Part shown: positions 1 through 10,517 of the stretch, piece by piece
How positions within the stretch are numbered: position 1 is the stretch's first letter
How the letters are laid out: every line of letters starts with the position of its first letter
Assembly: GCA_049512075.1 (NCBI GenBank)
Contig: JBEKXL010000003.1
Coordinates: 128,001-192,000 of the forward strand
Origin: Candidatus Bathyarchaeia archaeon
GTDB taxonomy: Archaea > Thermoproteota > Bathyarchaeia > Bathyarchaeales > Bathycorpusculaceae
DNA: 64,000 nt
Direction of reading: 5' to 3'
The notes under the pieces: generated by a model
Database searches by the model: none
The model's input: the letters and a program-made list of their open reading frames with translations, nothing else
What the model was told of the DNA's origin: nothing
Program-made: the position numbers and the translations under genes

Positions 1-947
1 ATCCTTCACTTTTCTTCACCTCTCTCTGGCTCAATTCTCAACATATCGGGCTTTGTAGGTTTCGACTTGTTTTTTTGATTGATATTGCGCGGGAGTTTGT
101 TACGCAATGTTTCCTGAACCAAAGCAAGAAGGATCGTCATAGCCTGAAATACTAAAAAGTTATGAATTCAAAAGATGGATTGCTCCTTCCTCGCGCGCTA
201 ACAGCTGATGGAACAACGTAAAAGCCTTGCACAAAAGAACGTGCAAACAGGCCGCCGACAGCATTTCAAGGAATATTCGATGAATATTCAGTTAAACAAG
301 CCCATTCCTTTGAGAACTAGTCGCAGTACAAAGACTATCATAGCAGGGCAAGAAGACCGTTCTCTTGTTTGCCCTTTGAGGGACAGAGGAAGAAAAGGGT
401 TTGAAACACGACTGTCACACGATTTTGCAACAGAGACACATAAGACCCCCATATTGTAAGAGTGCGCGTACTAACATAGTTAACATTGAAAACCTAGCAT
501 CTTGTCACAAGAATAGCGCACGCAGCAGACAAATGCTTTCGCAACCCCTCCTGTGGAATTCTCTTCCTCGCTCTTATGCCCGCGATAGTTACATTCGTAT
601 TCTTGCCTGTGAGAAAAATGAGACAAATGAAAATGCCTAGACGCCACTCCGAACGCGGACCACAATAAAAGACAGGAAGGCAATACGAGAAAAACTGAAA
701 ATCAGATGCCCCTTCTTTGGCAATTCTTATTATGATATCAAAAACAAGTGTCCTTGTTGCAGTCAAAGACCACTTGACTCAGGTTCGAAAGGCACTTAGG
801 TGTGGGAGAACTTCAAAAGGGTCTGTGCGAAAATACGCTGCCATTTAGCGCGCGCATATCATACAAGTGCGCGTTACTGCAGCAGGGTAGTACAGAAAGT
901 TTAAAACTCCTTAAGTTGCAAGGTATTAGTCGCAGGAGGAAAGCATT

Positions 948-1565
948 ATGGAAACAAGCAAACTCTACGCTCTGCCGAAGCTGCCGTACGATTACGGAGA
1001 CCTTCAGCCCTACATGTCCAAAGAGCAATTGACGATACACCATGACAAGCATCATCAAGGATACGTCAACGGTGCAAACGCGATACTCCAAAAGCTGGAC
1101 AAGGCCAGAAAGGAAGGAGCAGACTTGGATGTCAAATCCACCTTGAAGGAACTCTCCTTCAACATAGGCGGAAATCTTCTCCACTCACTGTTCTGGAACA
1201 ACCTAGCACCACCTAAGAAAGCAGGCGGAAAACTGGGCGGAGCCCTCGGCGACGCATTAGACAAGGAGTTCGGAAGCTTCGACAGGTTCAAGAAAGAATT
1301 CACTCAAGCAGCCCAGAGCGTCGAAGGCTCGGGATGGGCCGTGTTGACCATCGACAAACAAACAAAAAGACCCACAATAATGCAGGTAGAAAAACACAAC
1401 ACCAACGTCTACCCAGGCTTCCACATCCTCATGGTCCTAGACGTCTGGGAACACGCATACTACATCGACTACAAAAACGACAGAGCCAAATACATAGATG
1501 CATTCTGGAACATCGCCAACTGGAACAAACCAAACGAAAGACTCCAAGAATTCCAAAAAACCTAA
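948..1565 (+). CDS. sod: Fe/Mn superoxide dismutase
   Basis: [22 protein letters not shown] and DVWEHAYY motifs; SD GGAGG upstream. Confidence 0.97.
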   Translation: METSKLYALPKLPYDYGDLQPYMSKEQLTIHHDKHHQGYVNGANAILQKLDKARKEGADLDVKSTLKELSFNIGGNLLHSLFWNNLAPPKKAGGKLGGALGDALDKEFGSFDRFKKEFTQAAQSVEGSGWAVLTIDKQTKRPTIMQVEKHNTNVYPGFHILMVLDVWEHAYYIDYKNDRAKYIDAFWNIANWNKPNERLQEFQKT

Positions 1566-1783
1566 GAAAGCCAAAACAACCCCTAACAACCCACACTTTC
1601 TTTACCCCCACGAAAATTGAAAAACAAAAAAATCACGAATTGAGCACTCAAATGCAAAGGCTCACACACGAACAAGCCAACCATACGGAAGGCACATTCG
1701 CCAACATTCGCACCATCAAACCCAAACTAAATTATTATATGCAAGGCTGATAATACGCTAATCACGAAACGGCGAGTGTAAAA

Positions 1784-2068
1784 ATGGAGAAAATCCGAGT
1801 TAACGGCAAGAACAAGACGCATAAAGTTTTGATGTACGCGATAAGTACGTGCGCATGGTGCAAGATGACGAAGCAGTTCTTGAAAGACAGCGACATCGAC
1901 TACGAGTACGTCGACGTTGACATGACCAGCGACGAAGACCATGAGAAAATCAGAAAGGAAATCACGCGCCTCGGAGCCTCACCTAGCTACCCTATGGTAA
2001 TCGTCGACGAGAAAACCGTCATCACCGGCTTCCGCAAGGACAAGATAAAAGAGGCACTCGAGATTTGA
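1784..2068 (+). CDS. glutaredoxin/NrdH-like redoxin
   Basis: 94 aa, CAWC active site, SYP cis-Pro motif, ITGF. Confidence 0.9.
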   Translation: MEKIRVNGKNKTHKVLMYAISTCAWCKMTKQFLKDSDIDYEYVDVDMTSDEDHEKIRKEITRLGASPSYPMVIVDEKTVITGFRKDKIKEALEI

Positions 2069-2625
2069 TCACGCTGGAAAAGGTCCGGCAGAGAGCTGAA
2101 AGCGACGCAAAAACCTACGGCTACTACCTGCATCCCGACCCTCAGTTTCTCCAAGACCTCCTCGAAGGACTGAGAAAAAACGAAGAACGGTACGGCTATC
2201 CTTCATGCCCTTGTAGACTCGCCACAGGAAACCTCGAGCTCGACCGAGACATAATCTGCCCATGCGACTACCGAGACCCAGATGTCGCCGAATACGGAAC
2301 CTGCTACTGCGCACTATACATGCGAAAAGACCTGTACGAAGGCAAAACACCCATAGCCCCCATCCCTGAACGCAGACCCCCAGAAAAACAAGCCAGAGCC
2401 TATGGCACGACAGGAGCAACCATACCCAAGCCAGCAACCCAACAAACCCCTGAAACCAGACCAGCCGACCCTGTGCAGCCCGACGTGGTCAAGAAGAAAC
2501 TCTGGTACTGCAAACAATGCGGCTACGTCGTATTCCGCGAAGATCCACCCTACGTCTGTCCAATCTGCAAGGCAAAGAGAGAAATGTTTGCTCAAATAGA
2601 AATAGGCACAAAAGTGCAGGGATAA
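2065..2625 (+). CDS. ferredoxin:disulfide (ferredoxin-thioredoxin) reductase catalytic subunit with C-terminal rubredoxin-like domain
   Basis: CPCR, CPC and CYC motifs; C-terminal CKQCGY...CPIC; overlaps glutaredoxin stop. Confidence 0.9.
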   Translation: MITLEKVRQRAESDAKTYGYYLHPDPQFLQDLLEGLRKNEERYGYPSCPCRLATGNLELDRDIICPCDYRDPDVAEYGTCYCALYMRKDLYEGKTPIAPIPERRPPEKQARAYGTTGATIPKPATQQTPETRPADPVQPDVVKKKLWYCKQCGYVVFREDPPYVCPICKAKREMFAQIEIGTKVQG

Positions 2626-2647
2626 GGCAAGAACAGGACACGAGCGT

Positions 2648-2797
2648 CTACTTCGTCACCGCTATTTCAATCTTCTTCCAGTCTTTCTTCACATCCCGCA
2701 GTGAAGTCACAGCTCCGACTATCGTGCCTTCCAGGATTTTTTCAACGAACTCGTTCAAGTCTATCTCTTCACCGTCAACCAACAATTTAGCTTTCAA
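2648..2797 (-). CDS. 49-aa small protein (MKAKLLVDGEEIDLNEFVEKILEGTIVGAVTSLRDVKKDWKKIEIAVTK), resembles C-terminal domain of archaeal MobB-like proteins
   Basis: Not in ORF track; translated by hand; TTG start preceded by SD GGGGTGA; family resemblance from memory. Confidence 0.7.
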   Translation of the reverse strand: MKAKLLVDGEEIDLNEFVEKILEGTIVGAVTSLRDVKKDWKKIEIAVTK

Positions 2798-2893
2798 ACA
2801 CTATCACCCCCAACCTAACGCGTCATGCAGAGAGTAAAAAGCTTCTGTAAACCTTTTCTAGCAAAAGAACTCAAGAAGGACAGAGTGATAGGG

Positions 2894-3553
2894 TTGAAGA
2901 ACAACGCTGTGGAAGCGGACATGAAAACCAGAGCGTCAACGATAATCAGACTGCTGGAAAAGGAGTATCCACAGGCAAAGATAGCCTTGAAATACAACAA
3001 TCCGCTGGAGCTTCTGGTCGCCACGATCCTTTCGGCCCAGTGCACCGACGAAAGAGTAAACAAAGTCACTGCGACACTGTTCAAGAAGTACAGAAATGTA
3101 GGGGACTACGCCTACGCGGATTTGACGGAGCTTGAGCTGGACATAAGACCGACGGGTTTTTACAGGAACAAAGCCAAGAACATCAAGCAGACCGGCCAGA
3201 TACTCGCGGACAGGTTTAGTTCTCAAGTTCCGAAAACTATGGAGGAGATGCTGCAACTGCCCGGCGTGGCCAGAAAAACCGCGAACATCGTCCTGCAGAA
3301 CGCCTACGGAATCATCGAAGGAATAGCAGTGGACACACATGTGCGCAAAGTGTCCAAACGGCTCGGGCTTACGGAGAACGAAGATCAAGACAAAATAGAA
3401 CAGGACCTTATGGAAATCATCCCGAAAAACGAGTGGATGAGAATCACTGACCTGCTCATATTCCTGGGCAGAAACGTGTGTGTGGCCAAGAAGCCCCATT
3501 GCGAAGCGTGCGTGCTAAACAAGATATGCCCCTCAGCCTTCACATTCGACTGA
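2894..3553 (+). CDS. nth: endonuclease III
   Basis: LLVATILSAQCTD, HhH LPGVARKTAN, AVDTH, C-terminal Cx6Cx2Cx5C; start uncertain (TTG 2894 or ATG 2921). Confidence 0.95.
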   Translation: MKNNAVEADMKTRASTIIRLLEKEYPQAKIALKYNNPLELLVATILSAQCTDERVNKVTATLFKKYRNVGDYAYADLTELELDIRPTGFYRNKAKNIKQTGQILADRFSSQVPKTMEEMLQLPGVARKTANIVLQNAYGIIEGIAVDTHVRKVSKRLGLTENEDQDKIEQDLMEIIPKNEWMRITDLLIFLGRNVCVAKKPHCEACVLNKICPSAFTFD

Positions 3554-3598
3554 AAAGTCAAGTCACAAATCAAGCGACAACGAGTTTCTGACGCTCTC

Positions 3599-3630
3599 TT
3601 TCCTAGAAATCATACTCTAGAAAAATATAA
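3599..3630 (+). promoter_or_regulatory. operator-like inverted repeat next to TATA-like box upstream of ldh
   Basis: TTTCCTAGA (3599-3607) / TCTAGAAAA (3616-3624) followed by ATATAA. Confidence 0.3.
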
Positions 3631-3665
3631 TTCGCTGATCATCCAATAGGCTGTGCGGGATTGAC

Positions 3666-4622
3666 TTGTCTGGACAAAATGCTGATGGGCCGAAGATAGT
3701 GGTCGTGGGCGCGGGGTTCGTTGGGACGGCCTTCGCGTATTCTCTTCTCATCCGCGGGTTGGCTTCTCAAATCGCCATTATAGACGTCAACAGGGAAAGG
3801 GCTGAGGGCGAGGTCATGGATTTGAACCATGGAATGGCGTTTGCTCAGCCTGTAAGAATATGGGCTGGCGACTATCCTGACTGTCAGGACGCTGACATCG
3901 TCGTCATCAGTGTGGACAGGGGGCAGAAGATTGAGCAGTCGCGGCTGGAGCTTGCTCGGGGAAACTTCGAGTTGATGAAACAAATCGTGCCCAACATCAC
4001 GAAGTACAATGACAAGTGCATCTTACTCGTCGTGACCAACCCGCTGGATGTTATGACCTACGCCGCTTTGAAGCTCAGCCGTTTTCCCAAAAACAGAGTA
4101 ATCGGATCTGGAACAATCCTGGACACTGCTAGGCTTCGATACCTGCTGGGTGAGCGTCTTCAGGTTGATCCCAGAAACGTCCACGCGTACATCATAGGAG
4201 AACACGGTGACAGCGAAGTGCCCGTGTGGAGCCTCGCAAACGTCGCGGGCATCAGGCTGAAGGACTATTACCCGTTGGCCAATGTGCCGTACGACCCGGT
4301 TGAGCTAGAAAACCTGTTCTTGAAGGTGAGGGGCGCCGGATACGAAATTATAAAGCGTAAGGGCAGGACTTTCTATGCGGTCGCCTTGGGAATGACGAAG
4401 ATCGTGGAGAGCATCGTTCGAAACGAGAACGCCGTGTCAACCGTGTCTTGTCTACTCGAGGATTATTATAGCGTGAGCGACGTCTGTCTGAGCGTTCCGG
4501 TCATTCTCAACCGAACCGGCATAAAAGAAACCATCAGGCTTCCACTCGATGAAAAGGAGATTGCTGATTTTCAGAAGTCAGCCACTATCATAAAAAACGT
4601 GGTGAACTCACTGGGCCTATGA
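3666..4622 (+). CDS. ldh: L-lactate dehydrogenase (LDH/MDH family)
   Basis: GAGFVG, TNPLD, GSGTILDTARLR, GEHGDS; Gln at the specificity position (GQK...SR). Confidence 0.85.
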   Translation: MSGQNADGPKIVVVGAGFVGTAFAYSLLIRGLASQIAIIDVNRERAEGEVMDLNHGMAFAQPVRIWAGDYPDCQDADIVVISVDRGQKIEQSRLELARGNFELMKQIVPNITKYNDKCILLVVTNPLDVMTYAALKLSRFPKNRVIGSGTILDTARLRYLLGERLQVDPRNVHAYIIGEHGDSEVPVWSLANVAGIRLKDYYPLANVPYDPVELENLFLKVRGAGYEIIKRKGRTFYAVALGMTKIVESIVRNENAVSTVSCLLEDYYSVSDVCLSVPVILNRTGIKETIRLPLDEKEIADFQKSATIIKNVVNSLGL

Positions 4623-4883
4623 ATACTAATTCTTTGTGACTTCAGAACATTGCAAATTGCGCGCCGTGAGTCTGGCAATAGCGTGTCACGCAGCTTTGTT
4701 GGGCTTCAGGCGGATATTCGAACCCTTGCTTCTGAGTACTCAAAACTTTTTTGAGACCCAATTTCATGCCGCTCCACGAGCGAGCCTAACCGGCGAAAAT
4801 TCGATGCATTCTCGAACCGTGACTACGCTAATCTTTGGATGGACGAAAACTGATTTAAGCCGACGGCGCCATATACGCTGAAC

Positions 4884-5444
4884 ATGGTTGAACTGGTTCA
4901 CATTCTTGGTTTCGCTGGAAGTTTAAGGAAGGATTCATACAACAAAGCATTGCTGCGGGTTGCAGCTGAACTGATGCCGAAGCATGCGGTGTTCGCGACT
5001 TTCGATCTTGAAGGAATCCCTCCGTTCAATCAGGACTTGGAAACTCGGCCACCTGGAAAAGTTGAGGACTTCAAGAGCAGTATCAGAGCGGCGGATGCAA
5101 TACTGATAGCGACGCCTGAATACAACTATTCTATCCCAGGAGTGCTCAAGAATGCAATCGATTGGGCTTCAAGGCCGCCAACTGATAATGTCTTCTACGA
5201 CAAGCCCGTGGCCATAATGGGCGCATCCACGGGGATGCTGGGAACAGCGAGAGCGCAGTATCACCTGCGACAATGCTTCGTCTTCCTAAACATGCACGCT
5301 GTCAACGAGCCGGAAGTCATGGTAAGTTATGCACGAGAAAAAATCGATGCAAACGGCAGGCTGAAAGACGAGAAAACAAGAAGATTGATTGGAGAGCTTG
5401 TTGAAAGCCTGATTGCCCTAACCGCGAGAATGGCGAAACAGTGA
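4884..5444 (+). CDS. NAD(P)H-dependent FMN reductase (ChrR/SsuE family)
   Basis: GSLRKDSYN, TPEYNYSIPGVLKNAIDW. Confidence 0.93.
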   Translation: MVELVHILGFAGSLRKDSYNKALLRVAAELMPKHAVFATFDLEGIPPFNQDLETRPPGKVEDFKSSIRAADAILIATPEYNYSIPGVLKNAIDWASRPPTDNVFYDKPVAIMGASTGMLGTARAQYHLRQCFVFLNMHAVNEPEVMVSYAREKIDANGRLKDEKTRRLIGELVESLIALTARMAKQ

Positions 5445-5583
5445 ACCGGGCGCGCCAGGCTTGAACCTATAGAATTTCGCGATGTTTCATCCGGCTACTT
5501 GTAAAGGAATATCGTTTGAAAGAGTGAAGTATATATTTTTGTTTGACACGCTAAAAGTCTGCAAACCAAACGGAGAGGCTTCA

Positions 5584-6132
5584 ATGAGCGAAGAACAGAA
5601 GGAACCGCAAGAATACGCTGACCAAGTGGAGGCCTTGGCAAGGGCTTTGGATACGGAGAAGAAGCTTTCAGAGGAGTATCTCACGAGATTAAAGTACGCG
5701 CAGGCAGATGCTGAGAACCTGAAGAAAAGGTATGAAAGACAGATGGAGGAGGTCAGGAAATACTGCACGGAACCTCTCATCATGGAGCTTTTAGATGTTG
5801 TTGACGAGTTGGAGTTGGCTGTCAAGTCTGGCCGTTCCGCCAACTCTGCGGAGGCGGTAATTGAAGGTGTTGAAATGACCCTGAAAAAACTGAAAAAAGT
5901 GCTTGAAAATGAAGGGGTCTCTCCGATAGAGTGCTTGGGTAAACCTTTCGATCCCTCGAAACACAACGCTGTCGCCAAGACAGAAAAAGAAGGTGAGGAA
6001 GGATGCACTATAGCTGAAGAAGTCCGAAAAGGTTATACCATGAGGGAAAAAGTGATTAGACCGAGCGTCGTTAAGGTTGTGGTGAAACCTTCAAAATCAC
6101 AAAGGGAGATGAATTCAGATGAGCAATGTTAA
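5584..6132 (+). CDS. grpE: nucleotide exchange factor GrpE
   Basis: [20 protein letters not shown]...IRPS; SD GGAGAGG before ATG 5584; first gene of dnaK operon. Confidence 0.95.
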   Translation: MSEEQKEPQEYADQVEALARALDTEKKLSEEYLTRLKYAQADAENLKKRYERQMEEVRKYCTEPLIMELLDVVDELELAVKSGRSANSAEAVIEGVEMTLKKLKKVLENEGVSPIECLGKPFDPSKHNAVAKTEKEGEEGCTIAEEVRKGYTMREKVIRPSVVKVVVKPSKSQREMNSDEQC

Positions 6133-7984
6133 AGCAGGAGAAAAAATACTCGGCATAGATTTGGGAACGACAAACTCGGCCGCGGCCATTTATGAGAACG
6201 GACGAGCAACGGTCATACCGAGTGCCGAAGGGCCAACAATGGCAGGAAAAATGTTCCCCTCAGTCGTGGCCTTCACCAAGGACGGCCAACTGTTAGTGGG
6301 CGAATCGGCAAAGAGACAGGCAACTGCCAACCCTGAAGGAACTGTATACGAAATAAAAAGAAAGATGGGGACCGATTACAAAGTAAGCATCTATGGAAAG
6401 GAGTATACCCCACAGCAGATTTCATCATTCATTCTGCAGAAGATAAAGAAAGACGCCGAAACTTATCTGGCAGTTCCAATAAAGAAAGCGGTGATCACGG
6501 TGCCTGCCCACTTCAACGACAACCAACGCCAAGCCACAAAGGACGCAGGGGAGATAGCAGGCTTCGAAGTTGCAAGAATAATCAACGAGCCAACGGCAGC
6601 TTGTCTTGCGTACGGAGTCGACAAGGTCCAGAAAGAGATGAAGATACTTGTCTTCAGCTTTGGCGGAGGCACGCATGACGTGACCGTGATGGATTTTGGA
6701 AAAGGAGTTTTCCAAGTGCTGTCAACCAGCGGCGACACGCAGATCGGCGGCACCGACCTGGACAAAGCAGTCATGGATTATCTCCTTGACGAATTCAAAA
6801 GACAGACAGGCGTCGACCTGGCTGCAGACAGAAATGCCATGGGAAGGCTTAAGGAAGCCGCAGAAAAAGCAAAGATAGAACTGTCGACGTTGATGGCGAC
6901 GGACATTGACCTGCCGTTCCTGTACTCTGACACTTCTGGGCCAAAACACTTGCACATCACTCTAACCCGAGCAAAACTTGAGGGACTGGCCCAGCCGATA
7001 GTGCAGAAAACAGAAGGCACGATAGTTAGGGCGCTTGAGGGCGCGAAGCTGACCCCGAAAGATATAGATAAGATAATTCTCATCGGTGGCATGACGAGAA
7101 TGCCTCTTGTTCAGAGGTATGTGGAACAGATAATGGGCAAACCAGCTGAAAGAGGCGTAGATCCAATGGAGTGTGTTGCAGTCGGCGCCGCGATTCAGGC
7201 AGCGGTGCTCACCGGAGAAGTGAAGGATCTGCTCTTGCTCGACGTTACGCCTTTGTCGCTCGGCGTTGAAACGCTTGGCCACATATTTACAAGGATACTT
7301 GAAAAGAACACCACCATCCCCACGCGGAGAAGCCAGATATTCACAACCGCGGCAGATTTTCAGACGGCGGTCACGATTCACGTGCTTCAAGGAGAACGGA
7401 CGATGGCGTCGGACAATGTCTCCCTAGGCATGTTCAACCTAGAAGGGATACCCCCATCTCCTAGAGGCGTTCCGCAGATAGAGGTAACCTTTGACATAGA
7501 CGCAAACGGAATACTCAACGTTACCGCCAAGGACCTGGGCACAGGAAAAGAGGCGAAAATAACGATAACTGCCTCAACAAAGCTGTCAAAAGAAGAGAAA
7601 GAGAAACTGATCAAAGATGGCGAACAATTTGCTGAACAAGACAAGAGGAAGCGTGACGAGGCCGAGCTGAGAAACAACGCGGACAACCTCATGTACACGG
7701 CTGAAAAGACAAAGAAAGATCTCGGAGAAAAACTCGCACAGGACCAGAAGAACAAGGTAGACGCGGCCGTTTCTGCGTTGAGAGATGCATTAGCGGGCAG
7801 CGATTTGGAGAAAATCAAAGTGACGTCTGATGAACTAACCAAGGTGCTTCAAGAGGTCGGAACAGCTGTTTATCAGCAAGCTGCTGCACAACAAGCGAAG
7901 CAGCAAGCTCCACCGCCCGGCGGCGGGGAGCCTCCAACAGGCGGCGGAAGAGTAGTTGACTCCGAGGATTTTAAGGTGAAGTGA
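6119..7984 (+). CDS. dnaK: molecular chaperone DnaK
   Basis: [44 protein letters not shown]. Confidence 0.99.
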   Translation: MSNVKAGEKILGIDLGTTNSAAAIYENGRATVIPSAEGPTMAGKMFPSVVAFTKDGQLLVGESAKRQATANPEGTVYEIKRKMGTDYKVSIYGKEYTPQQISSFILQKIKKDAETYLAVPIKKAVITVPAHFNDNQRQATKDAGEIAGFEVARIINEPTAACLAYGVDKVQKEMKILVFSFGGGTHDVTVMDFGKGVFQVLSTSGDTQIGGTDLDKAVMDYLLDEFKRQTGVDLAADRNAMGRLKEAAEKAKIELSTLMATDIDLPFLYSDTSGPKHLHITLTRAKLEGLAQPIVQKTEGTIVRALEGAKLTPKDIDKIILIGGMTRMPLVQRYVEQIMGKPAERGVDPMECVAVGAAIQAAVLTGEVKDLLLLDVTPLSLGVETLGHIFTRILEKNTTIPTRRSQIFTTAADFQTAVTIHVLQGERTMASDNVSLGMFNLEGIPPSPRGVPQIEVTFDIDANGILNVTAKDLGTGKEAKITITASTKLSKEEKEKLIKDGEQFAEQDKRKRDEAELRNNADNLMYTAEKTKKDLGEKLAQDQKNKVDAAVSALRDALAGSDLEKIKVTSDELTKVLQEVGTAVYQQAAAQQAKQQAPPPGGGEPPTGGGRVVDSEDFKVK

Positions 7985-8052
7985 TAAGGTGAAGTGAGCG
8001 CTTCGGACGATATCGTTTAAACTCTCGAGATCTTTAGTCTGATGGTAGAACG

Positions 8053-9174
8053 ATGGCGAGCAAGAGAGATTACTACGAAGTCCTTGGCGTTCCAAGAACT
8101 GCCTCTGTGGATGAGATCAAGGATGCTTACAGAAAGCTGGCAATGCAGTATCATCCCGACCGGAACAAGGCTCCTGAAGCTGAAGAGAAGTTCAAAGAGA
8201 TTTCCGAAGCCTACGCTGTCCTGTCAGACGCGGAGAAACGAAGACAGTACGGCACGCTAGGCCACGCGGGATTTGATCAACGCTACACGACTGAAGACAT
8301 TTTCAGGGGTGCAGACTTCGAATCGATATTCAGGGACATGGGCTTCAACTTCGGCTTCGGAGACTTGTTCAGCACGATTTTTGGTCAACGTGACTTCGAA
8401 GAAAGAGTCACCAGGGGCAGGGATCTTGGCTATGATTTGGAAATAACCCTGGAGGAAACAGCACACGGAACAGAGAAAGAAATCGGGTTCAAGAGAATCG
8501 AGAAGTGCGATGTCTGCGGCGGCACGGGAGCTGCTCCTGGCACGTCTCCAAGGGCTTGTCCCAGCTGCAGGGGCGCTGGAAGGATTCAGAAGGTGAACAG
8601 GAACAGTTTTGGAACATTCGTGCAGGTTGTACCCTGTCCTACGTGTCGTGGAAAAGGGAAAATCATTGATTCGTCATGCCCAACGTGCCGGGGCACGGGC
8701 TTACTGCGAAAGCAGAGGAATATAACAGTGAAGGTGCCGCCCGGCATCGATGAAGGGTATCAGCTTAGACTCCAAGGCCAAGGAGAAATGTCGCCAGAAA
8801 GCGATTCCCCAGGAGACCTCTACGTCTTGATTCATGTAGCACCTAATCCGTATTTCAGGAGAGACGAAGACGACCTGCTTTACGACTTGAAAATAGGTTT
8901 TCCACAGGCTGCCCTCGGCGCAAGAGTCTCAGTGCCCACGTTTGAGGGGAACGTTGACGTAGACGTGGCCGCGGGGACTCAGCCTGGAGAGGTTATCAGA
9001 CTGAAGGGCAAGGGTATGCCGAAGTTTAGAGGGTATGGAAGAGGCGACCTTTTGTTGCGAGTTGATATCGCAGTGCCCGAAAAACTCACAGAGCAGCAGA
9101 AAGCCCTGCTTGAAGAACTGGCTAAAGAATTCGACCAGACCGTCCGGCCTAAGAGCCACAGGCTGAGGTTCTAG
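8053..9174 (+). CDS. dnaJ: molecular chaperone DnaJ
   Basis: J-domain HPD; four CxxCxGxG repeats. Confidence 0.99.
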   Translation: MASKRDYYEVLGVPRTASVDEIKDAYRKLAMQYHPDRNKAPEAEEKFKEISEAYAVLSDAEKRRQYGTLGHAGFDQRYTTEDIFRGADFESIFRDMGFNFGFGDLFSTIFGQRDFEERVTRGRDLGYDLEITLEETAHGTEKEIGFKRIEKCDVCGGTGAAPGTSPRACPSCRGAGRIQKVNRNSFGTFVQVVPCPTCRGKGKIIDSSCPTCRGTGLLRKQRNITVKVPPGIDEGYQLRLQGQGEMSPESDSPGDLYVLIHVAPNPYFRRDEDDLLYDLKIGFPQAALGARVSVPTFEGNVDVDVAAGTQPGEVIRLKGKGMPKFRGYGRGDLLLRVDIAVPEKLTEQQKALLEELAKEFDQTVRPKSHRLRF

Positions 9175-9207
9175 ACAAACGCGCGGTGACGCAGAATCGA
9201 GCGCGAG

Positions 9208-9801
9208 CTATTTCGGTACTCTGTAGCGCCAAGCCACCACCAAGGCCCAGAACATCGGAATAAGCGATATGACTACCAGCACATAGTTCAAGTTGGGACT
9301 AAGGCCGTCTGGAAATTGAAAAGTTAATATGAATTCGCGGGCGAAGAACTCCCACAGAGCCAGATAGGAAATTGTTACGGACACGGCGAGAGTGATTAGG
9401 CCAAGTCTGCGCGCGTTCTTTATTTCTAGTATGTCTATGTGGGCCCTCAGAGTGTCCACGAATACAGTGACGTGGTCAACGGATTCGTCTACTGCGTGCT
9501 GAATAAGAAGAACAAGGTCGCTACTGAAGCCGCCTAGCCTTTCCCTTAGAGAGTTCCATTCGTGGGACAGGTCCAGTATCCTCAATCTCTCTTTTTGCAG
9601 CTGCTGGTAGGTTTTCCAAAGTTCTGCCTCATCTTGTTCAAGCGTTTCGTTACTCGAAGTTCGCTTGAGTTTGCGACCAATTTCCATCAGAGCCTTGACA
9701 AGGGTTGTGAGCTTGTTCTGAAAATCCTTATCAACCTTCTGAAGCTGCTGAATTCCCTTCAATATCTCATCATAATCAACGTGGACAGCGAAATCGCTCA
9801 T
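9208..9801 (-). CDS. hypothetical protein, coiled-coil N-terminus and two C-terminal TM helices
   Basis: Open frame; likely ATG 9801 with GAGGT upstream; two hydrophobic segments. Confidence 0.65.
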   Translation of the reverse strand: MSDFAVHVDYDEILKGIQQLQKVDKDFQNKLTTLVKALMEIGRKLKRTSSNETLEQDEAELWKTYQQLQKERLRILDLSHEWNSLRERLGGFSSDLVLLIQHAVDESVDHVTVFVDTLRAHIDILEIKNARRLGLITLAVSVTISYLALWEFFAREFILTFQFPDGLSPNLNYVLVVISLIPMFWALVVAWRYRVPK

Positions 9802-10174
9802 CTCATTAACCTCTTCTGCTGTTTCATTACTCACAAAGATAAAAATACTCTTTCTAATTTGGGAACAAATGAGTGTCATATCTACTCTTGCCTCTGTCAG
9901 ATTTCTCACTTGTAGCACAGGAAAGACTATCTCTGCAACGCGGTGCAAGCAAGGTAAGCTAATCTTAATTCCTTTGTTCAGGGTCGACACCGCCAGCGCA
10001 GACGATACTCAGAGAGTTGTCCGATCGGACTATGAAGCGGCGGACAAGAACTGCAAAGTCGGAGACAAAGAACAGGTATCAGCGTTCGAAGGAGGATTGA
10101 GAGAATGCGCCCGGGGACAGTAATCTTGAATTAAGAATGGGGGCGCAGTCTTTTAGGGGATGCGTACGAGCGCA

Positions 10175-10507
10175 TCATTTGTTTTCAGACTCTGTTTCTC
10201 TGTTCCTTAGCAAGTAGAGCACTAGAAGGGCTTCTACGATGATGTTGCCCACGGTGAACACAGATTCGGACAGCACGCCTGAGCCTAGCTGTATTGAAAA
10301 AATATAGAAGACAAGAAGACCGAGCAATGCAAAAACAAATACGAAGCTCTTTCCTGTCCTGAAAACACTGGCTTTTTTCTGTGTGTCCTCCTTGCGTCTT
10401 GATTTGCTGTTAATGAAGAGATAGATGCTGACGAGGGTGAGAAATATGCTGCTGAAGCTTATACTTAGGGCCCACCAAGCAAACAGGTCAATGTTGGGCA
10501 TGTTCAT
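10175..10507 (-). CDS. small membrane protein (about 3 TM) downstream of mgtA
   Basis: SD GGAGG; hydrophobic segments; co-oriented with the ATPase. Confidence 0.7.
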   Translation of the reverse strand: MNMPNIDLFAWWALSISFSSIFLTLVSIYLFINSKSRRKEDTQKKASVFRTGKSFVFVFALLGLLVFYIFSIQLGSGVLSESVFTVGNIIVEALLVLYLLRNRETESENK

Positions 10508-10517
10508 TTGTCCTCCT

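Noticed and set aside
1-800. Several 67-90 aa ORFs at the window start
   Set aside because: No motifs or SD support and overlapping on both strands; looks like decayed intergenic DNA.
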